Shown here: piece by piece, positions 1-13,224 of the stretch
How positions within the stretch are numbered: the first letter of the stretch is position 1
Layout of the letters: each line of letters begins with the position of its first letter
Source: Octopus vulgaris
Lineage: Eukaryota
Direction: 5' to 3'
NCBI GenBank assembly: GCA_951406725.2
Contig: OX597843.1
Location: forward strand, 19,158,001-19,222,000
DNA: 64,000 nt
Notes under the pieces: generated by a model
Told to the model about the DNA's origin: nothing
Seen by the model: the letters and a program-made list of their open reading frames with translations, nothing else
Database searches by the model: none
Position numbers and translations under genes: made by a program

Positions 1-24
1 GCAACGCCGGGTAACTCTGCTAGT
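1..24 (+). mobile_element. Helitron-type 3' terminus
   Basis: gcaacgccgggtaactctgCTAG|t: right arm of a GC-rich hairpin followed by CTAG and T; the rest lies outside the window. Confidence 0.5.
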
Positions 25-213
25 TAATCCTAAAATTAAATTGTAAAATTGAAATAGTTCTTAATTGCATTTTAAGTCCCCTGAATTCTTGTGTAACCAC
101 CCCCATTTTGGAAAGCCCTGGCCTAAACCACAATAAGACAAAGTGAGATAACCCTAGATACATCATATATTATATAGAAATACTATCTCTACATGATATA
201 TGAAGAGAAAAGA

Positions 214-218
<5 letters not shown>

Positions 219-260
<42 letters not shown>
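219..260. repeat. (AT)n microsatellite
   Basis: Direct reading. Confidence 0.95.
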
Positions 261-268
<8 letters not shown>

Positions 269-454
269 TTATTTATAGCAGACGTTCTACTCTAAGCTAG
301 AAATAAAGGGAGATAATTATGAATATACGCGAGGATATTAAAACTGTTTTTAGAACAATAGAAGTGTTTAGGGAGGTGCTTAGGCATACAACAATAGCAA
401 CAACAACAACAAAGGAACAGTTGAAAGTTTATCTTTATTTCAAAAGTTAATCTC

Positions 455-671
455 TAACAACAGGGGAGACAAACCAGCAAAGGGATTTCTTTGTGATAGA
501 TAGATCTGCTAGAAGTAGTAGCCAAATCGACCACAATTCATACTTATCCCCTTAAAGAAGAATACGCTGGACAATGTGTGTGTGGCTCCTGTACATTAAG
601 AATAAAGTTAGGGTGGTCATGGCCGGAATGCATTTGATCATAAATTTCTGACCTGGGACTAAACAACAACA
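455..671 (+). mobile_element. SINE-like repeat remnant with (AAC)n tail in the presumptive 3' UTR
   Basis: Ends ggtcatggccggaatgcatttgatcat...gacctgggactaaacaacaac, a short tandem tail typical of LINE-mobilised repeats; family not verified. Confidence 0.35.
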
Positions 672-684
672 TTTATGCAGAAAT

Positions 685-887
685 TCACTCTGTTTGACTT
701 AGACGTTCGAGGGCTGCATAGCACTCATATTGCTCAAGTGCTTTTATGAGTGTTTCCAATGTACGTTCCATTGGATCACAACCCCTAAACCATCTGAGGA
801 GCATCTGATAGCTCTGTTCTACTGTGTCGAAGGGATAGTCATGCCTGATCATCTCTAGTTCAACATGTCTAATTCCTAATTCCATTC
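685..887 (-). CDS. Terminal coding exon of ANK-RING-repeat-death-domain gene; C-terminal part of death domain (GMELGIRHVELEMIRHDYPFDTVEQSYQMLLRWFRGCDPMERTLETLIKALEQYECYAALERLSQTE*)
   Basis: Acceptor gtatcttttgcag|ga with a pyrimidine tract, phase 1; TGA at 685-687. Pattern LG.....I..I..D.P....EQ..QML..W......TL..L..AL matches death-domain helices 2-6. Confidence 0.9.
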
Positions 888-1076
888 CTGCAAAAGATAC
901 AAAAAGAAGAAATAATTGCAACAACATTAACAATAACACGAAAGATATGAACCGTGGGTTGTAATAAATATAACAAAGAAACTAGTAAAGAAACATGAAT
1001 AAGGTAAGACAAAGTTCTCTTTTTCTAAGAATGCTGATTAAAAAATAACAAAGTTGAAATAAGGTATAAAGATACT

Positions 1077-1325
1077 CATCATCATTTAGGGCCTACTTTT
1101 CATGCCGGCATGGGTCAGACAGTTTAATTGAAACTGGTAAGCCAGAGAGCTGCACCAAGTTCCAGTCTTATTTGGCATGGTTTTTACAGTTGGATGCCCT
1201 TCCTAATGCCAACCACTCCAAAAGTGTAATAAGTACTTTTAATGTGCCACTGGCACAGGTGCCAGTTATGTGACACAAAGATCGACCACGAATATCATAT
1301 TACTTGGCTTGAGGGGTTTTCTCAA
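1077..1325 (-). mobile_element. SINE-like repeat with (ATG)n tail
   Basis: Minus strand has gtggttggcattaggaagggcatccaactgtaaaa, a motif I recognise from widespread invertebrate SINEs, and ends in atgatgatg. Confidence 0.45.
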
Positions 1326-1399
1326 ACATGGCATATCGCCAAAGGTCTCCATCACTTATTATTGCCGTGATGAGGTGCTTCACCACCTCATGCCATGTC

Positions 1400-3800
1400 T
1401 TCTTGGGTCAGCTCTATCCACAGGTTTCCTCCCCATTTAGAGACAGGCACTTTTTTTACATCGGCTCCCCTCATCCATATGCAGCACACAACCATAGCAG
1501 TGCATTTGTCTCTCTTGAACACCAGATCTGATGCCTCTCACTCCCAACTTATTTGTACATGCATACTGACATTGCGCATCCACCAAAACATACTAGATTC
1601 ATTTCTTTCAAGCCTACACATGTCCTCAGCAGTCACAGCCCGTGTTTCACTGCCGTGTAGTATGGCTGTTTGCACAGAAGCATCATACAGTCTGCTTTTA
1701 ATTCGGAGGGAGAGGCCCTTTGTTACCAACAGAGGTAGGAGCTCTCTGAACTCTACCCAGTCTATTCTTATTCTAGCAGCTATATTCTCAGAGCACCCAC
1801 CTCAACTGCTGACTTGGTCACCCAGATAATGGAAGGTATACACTACTTATAAGTATTTGCCCTGCCATTTCATGGAATCTATTTTCTGTACATTTCTAGA
1901 ATTTATTGAATCTGTGCACATTCCACACACAAAATCTATTTTCACTGTTAACCTTCCTCTTATGTGTCCATAGCTAACATTGGGTACATCTTAAGGAGTT
2001 TATACACCTTTTCTACAGATCTTGCAGGGCCATCAACCTAAAGAGCTGCATTCCTACTTACTAAGACTTTCATTTTTGCTAGATTAACTCTAAGGCTCCT
2101 TGATTCTATACCTTTTTTCCACAACTGAAATTTCTTTAGTTATGGAAATGATTTGACTATAAGAAAAAGGTCATCAACATAGAGGAGCTCCTAGGGGAAG
2201 CCTTAAATTCCTCTGATATTATCTGGAGGACTATCATGAACAAGAGGGGGCTGAGGACCAATCCTTGGTGAACCTCTAATTGTTCCCTGAATTCATCACT
2301 ATACTCGTTTCCAACCCTCACCTTACTGACAGCATCCGTGTACATGGCTCTCACCAACCACTCCTCTATCCCTGCTTTCCACATTGATCACCAGATAAGG
2401 GAGAGGGGAACCCTTTGAAGGTTTTCTCCATCTCAGCAAAAGACAAGTATAGAGGTTTCTCTTTGGCTATGTATTTCTCTTGCAGTTGCCCTGCCAGATA
2501 TATAGTATCAGTGGTGCTTCTCCCTGGCACAAAACCAAACTGCATCTCATCTAGACTAGCTCTCCTCCTAATTAGTTGAGCTCTGATCCTCTCCATAACT
2601 TTCATCACCTGATCCAGCAACTTGATACCTCTGTAATTATTTCTATCTAAGGCATCACTTTTACCTTTGTAGCAGTTGACTATGGTGCTGCTACACCAGT
2701 CATTGGGTATGGCTCCTTCGTGAAGCACCTGATTTACCTATGGGTGACTAGATCATAACCCACACCACCAGATATTTTAAGCATCTCAGTGGGGATTCCT
2801 GATGAGCCAAGGGCTGTGCTCATCTTCATATCCTCCATGGCTTTAACTACCATGTTACTGTCTAATCAAATTGCTGGTTCTCCTGTTGGATCCACATTAG
2901 GCAGACACTCCTTTTCCCATTAATTCTCTACATTAAGAAGCCTTTCGTGGTGGCACTTCCAAGCCTCTTTCTTTGCAGAGTCACTAACTGCAAGAGAATC
3001 ATCGTCAATGCAAACACACTTCTCTCCAACAACACCACATTTTCCCCTGGCATACTGTTTTGTAAGACGTTGGCAAATGTCTTCTTTTCTACTTCCCTTC
3101 TGGCTAAGTATACCTGCTTCTTAGCTTCCCTTCTTGCTGCCTGATAAAACTCTTTGTTACCACCATCCTTCCAGTACTTCCAAGCCTGTTTCTTTGTTCT
3201 AATAGCCCTGTCAACTAACTGTACCACCACCATGTCACCCTAGACCTGGTTTGGACTTTGCATAAACCACTAATTTGGTCTGTGACTCGCAGCAAATTGT
3301 TTCATAGAAACCTCCAGTTATCCTCTATTTTGCAAGGCTGTAGCCCCTCCTCCTTCTCATCAAATGCTTTAATTAGAACATCTCTAAATCTCTGGCTATT
3401 CAAAGAAACTTAAGCTTCCATATCCTTCTTTTCCAAACTAGCTTGCTTCTTGGAATCCTTTGTGCCACTAACTTGAAGTCACTAATGAGTAACCCATGCT
3501 GAGGGGTATATTCTCCTCCAGGGAAGGACTTTGCATCTATGAGCAACCATGATTACACCTTTCTGTAGTCAATCTTGCTAGCATGGTCACCAGATTTATA
3601 GGTTTTCGGGTGACTAGCTGGTTTTCTGAAGTTGGTGTTTCAAATCAGTAGCTCATTTGTATCACAGAACTCCAACGGCCTTGTTCCCTTCTCATTTTGG
3701 GAACCAATCCCAAGGCTCCCATGCACCCTGAGGAAGACACCTGCTTGCTACCCGACAGGTTCATTGAAATCACCAGTTACAAAGGAAAGTAACTGAAAAT
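1400..3800 (-). mobile_element. Decayed RTE-clade LINE (endonuclease + RT)
   Basis: ORF fragments IPNDWCSSTIVNCYKGKSDALDRNNYRGIKLLDQVMK..QFGFVPGRSTTD, VHQGLVLSPLLF and KSRLYDASVQTAILHGSET; multiple frameshifts. Confidence 0.9.
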
Positions 3801-5814
3801 TATCGAGAAAATTAATGGTAAATAGATAGCAGGAAAAGTGTGTGTGTGTGTGTGTAGACAAAAGTGTCACTATTTGAGCCACTGTTCTGTTTTCTCTGCT
3901 TTCTATTCCTGGGTGGGTACTCAGGTACCTCCAACATAAAGCCCTATCTAAAGCAATTATCATTAGACTTGGTGGCTTGATTCTCAACCATGACCAATTA
4001 AGGCGCTGTAGATATTATCCAACCACCTAGTTCTCAGTCTAACCCTACGTCTCCTGCCACTTGGCTCAACTTGATGAATCTATTTTGCAGTTCTTTCCTG
4101 CAACATTCTAATCTGATATCTGTAGAAGCAGAGCTGTGGAGATTTAGTGGCCCAGCCTGGAGAAACTCCCAGATCTCTGAGCTGTGTGCATCCTTCTGAG
4201 TAACATTACTTCAGGGTCCCTTTAGAGGATTTCCATTTCAGTTGCTTGGTATCATCACATGACAATGCCTGAAATAGTGTGATGCCTCTCCTCCTCTAAT
4301 TAATACTTATAAAATATCAACTTCTAGAAACAGCTACAAAGTGGAGATTGAAGTATGAAAGAATACCAGTAATATTAGGTACACCTGGACTAATTAAAAT
4401 GGAAATGGACAGGACACAAAGTACAAAATATAATACTGTCAGGTACACGTAACATACTTCTAGACTAGTAATAAGGATTTCTTTTACTGGACCAATGCCA
4501 CAATTTAGAGAGAAGTCCGAGGTTTTAGAGTAAAGCTAACAATGAGAAGAGTTTTAGTTTTGTAGGAAAGAAGACGGGAGTCACCACCATCTACACCAAA
4601 CACATGCAGACGCTTAGGGCCTGAAGGAATCACTGCATCTACCAACATCTCCATCATCTGGGAAGTTACCATATTTGATAAGCAGGAAGGTAGAAGGGGT
4701 TAATAGGGATTCTATATGGTGTACTCAATGCACACAATAGGTGATGTGGGGTCAGAGGTAGGTTGATAGAGAGGAAGGAGTTTGTGAGTAGTAGATATAC
4801 AGGAATAGTTAGTTGTAAGAACAACTGCGAAAGGCATGGGCGACAGTCTCTGTTACCTAGGTGACATAATTAGGGGTGGAGGAGACTATTCTGAAAGCAA
4901 TGGGATTAGAGGAAAAAATGAGGTGGCAAACTGTACAGGGAGCTGTAATCCCTACTGACAGATAAAGAATTCTCTTTCTGAATGAAGGGTAGATTGTATG
5001 AGGTATATTTCTAAAGTGCAGTGATGCATTGAATGTGGAGGATGTATGAAAACTGGCAAGAAATGAGGTGAGAATACTTCACGAGAAGTGTAATGTTAGT
5101 ATATAGGAATGCTGGAGAAAAGATGAGCTGGAAGAAAAACTGAGTTTCAGAAGAATCAGAGATTTTGCACAGGAGAGGAAATGATAAAGATATGGGAAGG
5201 ATGTGGAAAAGGAAGTTTGGACCAAAAATTGACAGAAAATGCAAGAGGAAGGACATTAGAGGTTAAACATGAACCAAACCAGCTTTTGGAGGAGGAGTTC
5301 ACTAACACATTCAAACATAGAAAAATGGGCATAAGATGAGGATGATGATAATGGACTATTTTCAAAGAATCGATTTTACCCCAGTATATGACTGGTACAT
5401 TCTGTGTGATTCTCAAAGGTATAACACGTTGACCATGTTATAGATGATGTCTTCTCTCAATTTAGATAAAACATTTCTATCAGCTGACTGAGAGGATATT
5501 ATGTTGACCCCCTGTGTCAGAGGCCAACAGTTCAAATCTAGTCCCTAGCAATGCTCTAGGTTCCTGGTAGAAGCACCTCACTTTAGTACAGTTTACTTGG
5601 ATGTAAATAGGTACTGTGGAAAGGTACAATCCATTGCTGTAAGTAACGGGAACTTTGTATAAGTGATATCTGATGTTGTTACACATTCAGACAAGGTGAA
5701 ATGGAATGTTGTGATTTTCATGCCTTTCCAAATGATATTTCTAATGTAAAGGGGAATGAAAGGAGTTCAAAGGAGAAATGGAATATGGAAATGGAATAGC
5801 AGTAGACTTAGTGA

Positions 5815-7631
5815 CAATATAAAACAAACCAAAACTTTGTCATTAACTCACCTGTCTACCCTTAAACAACATATTTTACTTTTCTCTTCCAAAAGATAAT
5901 ATTAACATTATTTGTGTTTTTTTTGTTTATCCATTATTACCAGCTCTTTGGATATTTTCTGGAATTTCAGTGATATCGATTTGTTTAACTTTTGTTATTA
6001 TACAGCTAACCTATCAATTAGACATTAGGAATGGAACCTGTTCTCAGTCATTTTAACAGACAGGTGAAAGTAATATTTATAGAAATCTTTTAGGTATTGT
6101 TATTCTATACTCACCCACAAACATCCAACCACTTCCTAATTGCATAGCCACTGTGTGAAGATGGATCTCTGTCAGCATTACCTTCTCTGAAATAAATATT
6201 TCCAAAGTTTATAATTTATAGTAAAATTTCTTTATTTCTATAAATAATCTAGGGTTTAACAGGCATTTCTATCAACAATGGTCAACTGGTGGCCATTATG
6301 GCTTGGTCAATATTGTTATACTTTCTAATATACTAATATTAACTCTATTGTCTTCTGAATTGTCCATTTTATAAGCCATGCTAACCACGCTGGATATTTT
6401 CTGGAATTTTAGGAATATCAATATGTTTAATAGAATTATTATACAGCTAATCTTTCAATTGGGAATTAGGATGATGTCTTCTCTCAATTTAGATACATCA
6501 TTTCTAACGACTGACCGAGAGGATATTATGTAGACCCCTGTGTCACGGGTCAACAGTTCAAATCTAGCCCCAAGCACTGCACTACGTTCCTGGTAGAAAC
6601 ATCTCACCTTAGTAAATGTTTAACTAGATGGTAATCTTGAATTTTAACTGTCCCAATTCACAGGTCACCACTATGTCCTCTGAATCAGTTGATATTTGTT
6701 ATGTAGAGAGGAACGAAAGGATTTCAAATGAGAAATGCAATACTGTGATGTTCATGCCTTTCCAAATGATATTTGCAATGCAAAGGGAAATGAAAGGGTG
6801 ATCTGAAGGGGTTTTGTCCTAGGGAGGTTTTGTCTGGGTCCCATAAATTGTGACTCTTTTACCTAGCCAAAATTTTGACCTTATTACTGTGACTTTTTTC
6901 TTGTGATTTCATTACTGGTCACCAGTTTTACAATTCTTTCTGTATTCTATAACTGTCACATTTTAGAAACATTTCTCACGGCACCAGCACACTTTCCGTG
7001 AATTTTTTACAAGTCCAGCTAGTATTTTATTATTGTGAGATGTTCCTATGATCAATGGTCAACTGGTGACCAATGTGTTTTTTGACACTACTTTTATATT
7101 TTCTACAGTAGTACCACCACAGAATAGACTAACCTTCCTAAACCTCTTCTCTCAAGTAAGATATTCTACATAATCCTAACAATATATCAATTATCTTCTT
7201 TATCACTACCAGATGAAAATACTATTCTAGTTTTCTTTTTCTAGTCTTGTACCTGTACAAAATCAATGACAAGTATTTCTACTCTAACTTCTAGAATTCC
7301 GTAACCGACATTCTTCTAATTTGCAGCTTAATTCGAATGTCAATCAAGTCGGTCCTCCAAAGATCAAGCCACAATATCATGACACACCTCTTGAAATAAG
7401 ACAAAACATACACCTGATCTCTTTGTTGAGGGTTGCAGCCTGCAATCTTTTATTTTAACTGTCCCACATCACAGGTCAAGACTATGTCCTCTGAAGCAAG
7501 AAATATTTGGATGTCATTCATCTTCCTTAATGACTCTACCCAGGTGGAGCAGGGGATGATGACAGGTATCCCAAAAATGCTTCAGTATAATTGCACAAAA
7601 CTTCATCAACTACACATCCCTCACCCTACCG
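5815..7631. repeat. Older, diverged relatives of the array unit surrounding the 72-nt death-domain exon
   Basis: 5820-6114 aligns by eye to 10050-10334; 6187-6330 to 10389-10520; 7050-7631 to 7632-8230. Also 5444-5586 is duplicated at 6470-6613. Confidence 0.8.
6115..6186 (-). CDS. 72-nt internal exon, death-domain helix 1-2 ((E)KVMLTEIHLHTVAMQLGSGWMFV(G))
   Basis: atttatttcag|ag ... tgg|gtgagt; phase 1-1. Joins in frame to exon 685-887 and supplies the conserved L..VA..LG..W..VG.ELG motif. Confidence 0.88.
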
Positions 7632-8249
7632 CATCAATGTTCCACAAATGACCGCTATGGGTTTGGACAACATTGTTATAATTGCTACAGTGGTACCAAA
7701 ACAAACGAAAGTAACCTTCCTGAACCTCTTTCTTCTACTAAGACATTCTGCATTATCCTATCTTTGTAGCCATTATTTTATTTAATTATTATCACTTGAC
7801 AATAATTCTTTTCTACCTTTGTCTTTCCTGTCTCATATCTCTGCCAAATCAATGGCAGGGCATTCTTCACTCACCTCTCGACTTCACTAACAAGCATCCT
7901 TCGTACTTCCTGCTTTATTGCAATATCAATCAAAATGGTTCTCCAAAGATCTACTTACAAAATCCTGACACACCCCATCAAGCAGGATGAACATACACCT
8001 GCTCTCTTTAATGAACTTTGCTAACGGTTATCTTGAAAGTCAACAGTTCCACAGAGCAAATCACCGGGATATTCTCTGAATGGAAAAACAGTTGAAGACA
8101 TTTGGATGTCATTCATCTTCCTTAATGACTCTACCCAGGTGGAACAGGGGATAATGACAGGTATCCCAAAAATGCTTCAATATAATTGCATAAAACTTTA
8201 TCAACTACACATCCCTCTCCCTACCCGCATTATTGCACTGAAAATACTT

Positions 8250-9300
8250 TAAATGCTACACAGGAAGCGAGACTCAAACAAACATAAAGAAGATCGGGAT
8301 AGACACCCAGCAGCAATCCCCAGATCTTGTATTTGCCCACAAGCTTTGTCTTATCTGTTGCTTGTAACCAATCCTCAGTCTGTGCCATCATCTGAATGCC
8401 TCTACTCTCACTCAACAACAGAGCTTAACATCGTCCGAAACATTTTACAGGACAGTCTTTAACATTTGGCATGGATTCTTCTGCAAATTGGAACTTCACT
8501 TGCTTCAGGGCATCTTTCATAAATGGTAGACTGAATTATTTATTTGCTTGAAACCGCTTTACTCACCAAGTACCTAGCCAGTCCAGAAGTAATTGCATAT
8601 CCTTATCGTCTGTTTTTAGCTTGGTTATGTCATTCGTTAAGGCCTTCTTATGCGATTGCCATTCGGATCAATCTACTGATCAATGTAACTTATCCATAAA
8701 AAGCACAAACTAAATGACGGACATTGTACAACCTACAGTAATTCCATTTCCAAGAAAATGCCAGTCTGTTGTGAAGTCTGCTGTTATTAGCCGTGTTATG
8801 AAACTGTTGCAGTGACTCCTAATTAGATCTGTCATCTTCTCCAGTTTATAAAATCGATTACTGCCATCAGCAATTTCTGTTGTAGAGAAACATAAGCAGG
8901 AACTGGATAGAGCCATACAACATTCAAATCTCTTTTATTCTCCATTTTCTCTCCTATGGCATTCCATGTGGAACATGGATGTTCCATATGCCCAGGAATT
9001 TAGAAGATTCTAGTCTTATGCACACTTTCAGTCCCATAGCAAAATTATTTTATAGGTTTGTAGCTGATCTTTTAACAAGTACATCTATGTAAATGATGCC
9101 GTCTACTATTACAATTAAAATGGGTCTCAAGTGGTCGCTTAGTTCTGCTTTAGCATCCTCTGGTAAGTAAACTCTGTCTGCCTTGCACCAGTCATCAACC
9201 AGTTCGCCAAAAAGCCACAGCTCTCTCACTCTTGGTACAGCTTATAATTTAATTGAGTTCAGTACTTGTACTTGCACTCTAAACTTTTGTCTTCTTCATT
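8250..9300 (-). mobile_element. Decayed HERO-like (R2 superfamily) non-LTR reverse-transcriptase fragment; repeated in every array unit
   Basis: Broken frames read DDWCKADRVYLP..LRPIS, GHMEHP..WNAI..KRDLNVVWL, FTTDWHFLGNGITVGCTMSVI and WLQAIDKTKLVGKYKIW, resembling HERO RT motifs; many stops and frameshifts. Boundaries approximate. Confidence 0.65.
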
Positions 9301-10334
9301 AAAATTATACACTTCTTTCCTACTAAAACCACCAAGCTGAAATTTCAATGCTGCTCAAATTGGCTGCTCCAAACTAGCCATAAGTGGAAACGATTGACGT
9401 CGCCTTCGCTCACTCAACGTTTCCTGTATATTCCTAGCTTTGCTGCATTTTGGCTGGCGGATCTTAACATCTGCAAACTGCTTTCTATATAAGGGCCCTT
9501 AATGAGAAACTCTCTAATTTGTTTAACCTCTGAAATCTCTTTGCATAAGTTAGAGAGGAACAGTTATTCTTCTTGAGGACATAGCAATTTTTCTAGTGCT
9601 TGTAGCAGAATAAAATGTATCAAGAACCCTTTAGAATATGGTAGAAATTAGGAATAGCAAAACAGCAAGAGTAAGGTAGAACGTTTAAATGAAATATATT
9701 CTCCAAGGAAGGAAGTTGGGCAGTACCTCTGAATAAAAACTCACTTGGACAGTGACCACCACTCCAAAACATGGCAACATGGAAAGCAGATGATAAATAA
9801 TGAGCACAATATCGGAGATTGTATTGTGTCTTATAGCCAGTATCCACCTTGAAATGAGAGAGAGAGAGTAAGAGACTGCGCTTATCTCAGAAGCAAACCA
9901 AACTCTTGCACTTGCATATGAACAATGAATTTAATAATAGATTTACTATCAGTGCAAAATGATATGGAATTTGAAATGGGAACACTTTCCATCTCAAGTC
10001 TGCCAGAATATGGCATGAGGCTGAACAACAACAATAAACTATCAAAAAAATATAAAACAAACAAAAACACTGTGCTTAGCTCATTTGTTTACCCCTAAAC
10101 AACAACATATTTTATTCCCCTATTCCAATAGGCATTATTAACCATATTGTCTCTGCTAATCTCAGCGGTTATCCCTGAGAGTTCAGTAACTCTCTTTAAT
10201 ATTATTAATTTAAGGTTAACCATTCAAGTGGAAATTACAAATGGAACCTGACCTTACTCAATCTGACAAACCAAGAAACTCAGGTGAAGGCAACATTTAC
10301 AGAAAACAATAAAATCTTGTTATTTAATACTCAC

Positions 10335-10388
10335 CGATTGTGCTATGTGCCACTTGCTGGTCTTCCTTGTCTTCTGCTTTTGGAGTTG
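10335..10388 (-). CDS. 54-nt micro-exon, copy 1 (xTPKAEDKEDQQVAHSTI)
   Basis: tttatttcag|ca ... tcg|gtgagt; symmetric phase 1-1, no stop; in frame with the death-domain exons. Confidence 0.72.
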
Positions 10389-13170
10389 CTGAAATAAATA
10401 TTTCTCATTATAGTATAATTTGGTTAATTATCTTAATAATCTATATTCTATTATTGTGAAACTTTTCTTCCATCAATGTTCCACAAATGACCGCGATGGG
10501 TTTGGACAACATTTTCATACTTGCTACAGTGGTACCAAAACAAACGAAAGTAACCTTCCTGAACCTCTTTCTTCTACTAAGACATTCTGCATAATCCTAT
10601 CTTTGAAGCCATTATCTTATTTAATTATTACCACTTGACAAAAATGCTTTTCTACTTTTGTCTTTCCTGTCTTATATCTCTGCCAAATCAATGGCATGGC
10701 ATTCTTCACTCACCTCTCGACTTCACTAACAAGCATCCTTCATACTTCCTGCTTTACTGCAATATCAATCAAAATGGTCCTCCAAAGATCTACATACAAA
10801 ATCCCGACACACCCCATCAAGCAGGATGAACATACACCTGCTCTCTTTAATGAACTTTGCTAACGGTTATCTTGAAAGTCAACTGTTCCACAGAGCAAAT
10901 CACCGGGATATTCCCTGAATGGAAAAACAGTTAAAGACATTTGGATGTCATTCATCTTCCTTAATGACTCTACCCAGGTGGAACAGGAGATGATGACAGG
11001 TATCCCAAAAATGCTTCAATATAATTGCTCAAAACTTCATCAACTACACATCCCTCTCCCTACCCGCATTATTGCACTGAAAATACTTTAAATGCTACAC
11101 AGGAAGCGAGACTCAAACAAACATAAAGAAGATCGGGATAGACACCAAGCAGCAATCCCCAGATCTTGTATTTGCCCACAAGCTTTGTCTTATCTATTGC
11201 TTGTAACAAATCCTCAGTCTGTGCCATCATCTGAATGCCTCTACTCTCACTCAACAACAGAGCTTAACATCGTCCTAAACATTTTACAGGACAGTCTTTA
11301 ACATTTGGCAGGGATTCTTCTGCAAATTGGAAATTCACTTGCTTCAGGGGATCTTTCATAAATGGCAGACTGAATTATTCATTTGCTTGAAACCCCTTTA
11401 CTCACCAAGTACCTAGCCACTCCACAAGTAATTGCATATCCTTATGGTCTGTTTTTAGCTTGGTTATGTCATTCGTTAAGGCCTTCTTATGCAATTGCCA
11501 TTCGGATCAATCTACTGATCAATGTAACTTATCCATAAAAGGCACAAACTAAATGACGGACATTGTACAACCTACAGTAATTCCATTTCCAAGAAAATGC
11601 CAGTCTGTTGTGAAGTCTGCTGTTATTAGCCGTGTTATGAAATTGTTGCAGTGTCTACTAATTAGATCTGTCATCTTCTCCAGTTTATAAAATCGATTAC
11701 TGCCATCAGCAATTTCTGTTTTAGAGAAACATAAGTAGGAACTGGATAGAGCCATACGACATTCAAATCTTTTTTATTCTCCATTTTCTCTCCTATGGCA
11801 TTCCATATGGAAAATGGATGTTCCATATGCCCAGTAATTTAGAAGAGCTAGGGTTATGCACACTTTCAGTCCGATAGCAAAATTTTTTTATAGGTTTCTA
11901 GCTGATCTTTTAACAAGTACATCTATGTAAATGTTGCCGTCTACTTTTACAATTAGAATGGGTCTCAACTGGTCGGTTAGTTCTGCTTTAGCATCCTCTG
12001 GTAAGTAAACTCTGTCTGCCTTGCACCAGTCATCAACCACTTCACCAATAAGCCACAGCACTCTCACTCTTGGTACAGCTTATAATTTAATTGAGTACAG
12101 TACTTGTACTTGCACTCTAAACTTTTGTCTTCTTCATTAAAATTATACACTTCTTTCTTGCTGAAACCAACAAGTTGAAATTTCATTGCTGCTCAAATTG
12201 GCTGCTCCAAACTAGCCATGAGTCGAAACGGTTGACGTCGCCTTCGCTCACTCAACGTTTCCTGTATATTCCTAGCTTTGCTGCATTTTGGCTGGCGGAT
12301 CTTAACATCTGCAAACTGCTTTCTATATAAGGGCGCTTAATGAGAAACACTCTAATTTGTTTAACCTCTGAGATCTCTTTGCATAGGTTAGAGAGGAACA
12401 GTTATTCTTCTTGAGGACATAACAATGTTTCTAGTGCTTGTGGCAGAATAAAATGTATCCAGAACCCTTTAGAATATGGTAGAAATTAGGAATGGCAAAA
12501 CAGCACGAGTAAGTTAGAACGTTTAAATGAAATATATTCTCCAAGGAAGGAAGTTGGGCAGTACCTCTGAATAAAAACTCACTTGGACAGTGACCACCCA
12601 TCCAAAACATGGCAACATGGAAAGCAGATGATAAATAATGAGCACAATATCGGAGATTGTATTGTGTCTTATAGCTAGTATCCACCTTGAACAGAGACAG
12701 AGAGTAAGAGACTGCGCTTATCTCAGAAGCAAACCAAACTCTTGCACTTGCATATGAACAATGAATTTAATAATAGATTTACTATCAGTGCAAAATGATA
12801 TGGAATTTAATATGGGAACACCTTCCATCTCAAGTCTTCCAGAATATGGCATGAGGCTGAACAACAACAATAAACTGTCAGAAAAATATAAAACAAACAA
12901 AACCACTGTGCTTAGCTCATTTGTTTACCCCTAAACAACAACATATTTTATTCCCCTATTCCAAAAGGCATTATTAACCATATTGTCTCTGCTAATCTCA
13001 GCGGTTATCCCTGAAAGTTCAGAAACTCTCTTTAATATTATTAATTTAAGGTTAACCATTCAAGTGGAAATTACAAATGGAACCTGACCTTACTCAATCT
13101 GACAAACCAAGAAACTCAGGTGAAGGCAACATTTACAGAAATCAATAAATTCTTGTTATTTAATACTCAC

Positions 13171-13224
13171 TTCTTGCGCTATGTGGCACTTGCTGGTCTT
13201 CCTTGTCTTCTGCTTTTGAAGTTA
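13171..13224 (-). CDS. 54-nt micro-exon, copy 2 (xTSKAEDKEDQQVPHSAR)
   Basis: ttcag|ta ... gaa|gtgagt; phase 1-1, open frame. Confidence 0.7.

Noticed and set aside
888-939. Hydrophobic signal-peptide-like N-terminus of ORF 685-939
   Set aside because: It is the intron's polypyrimidine tract; the exon starts at the AG at 888-889.
8555-8600. Additional ttg|gtgagt donor-like site in every unit
   Set aside because: Lies inside the retrotransposon remnant, with no convincing acceptor or open exon upstream.
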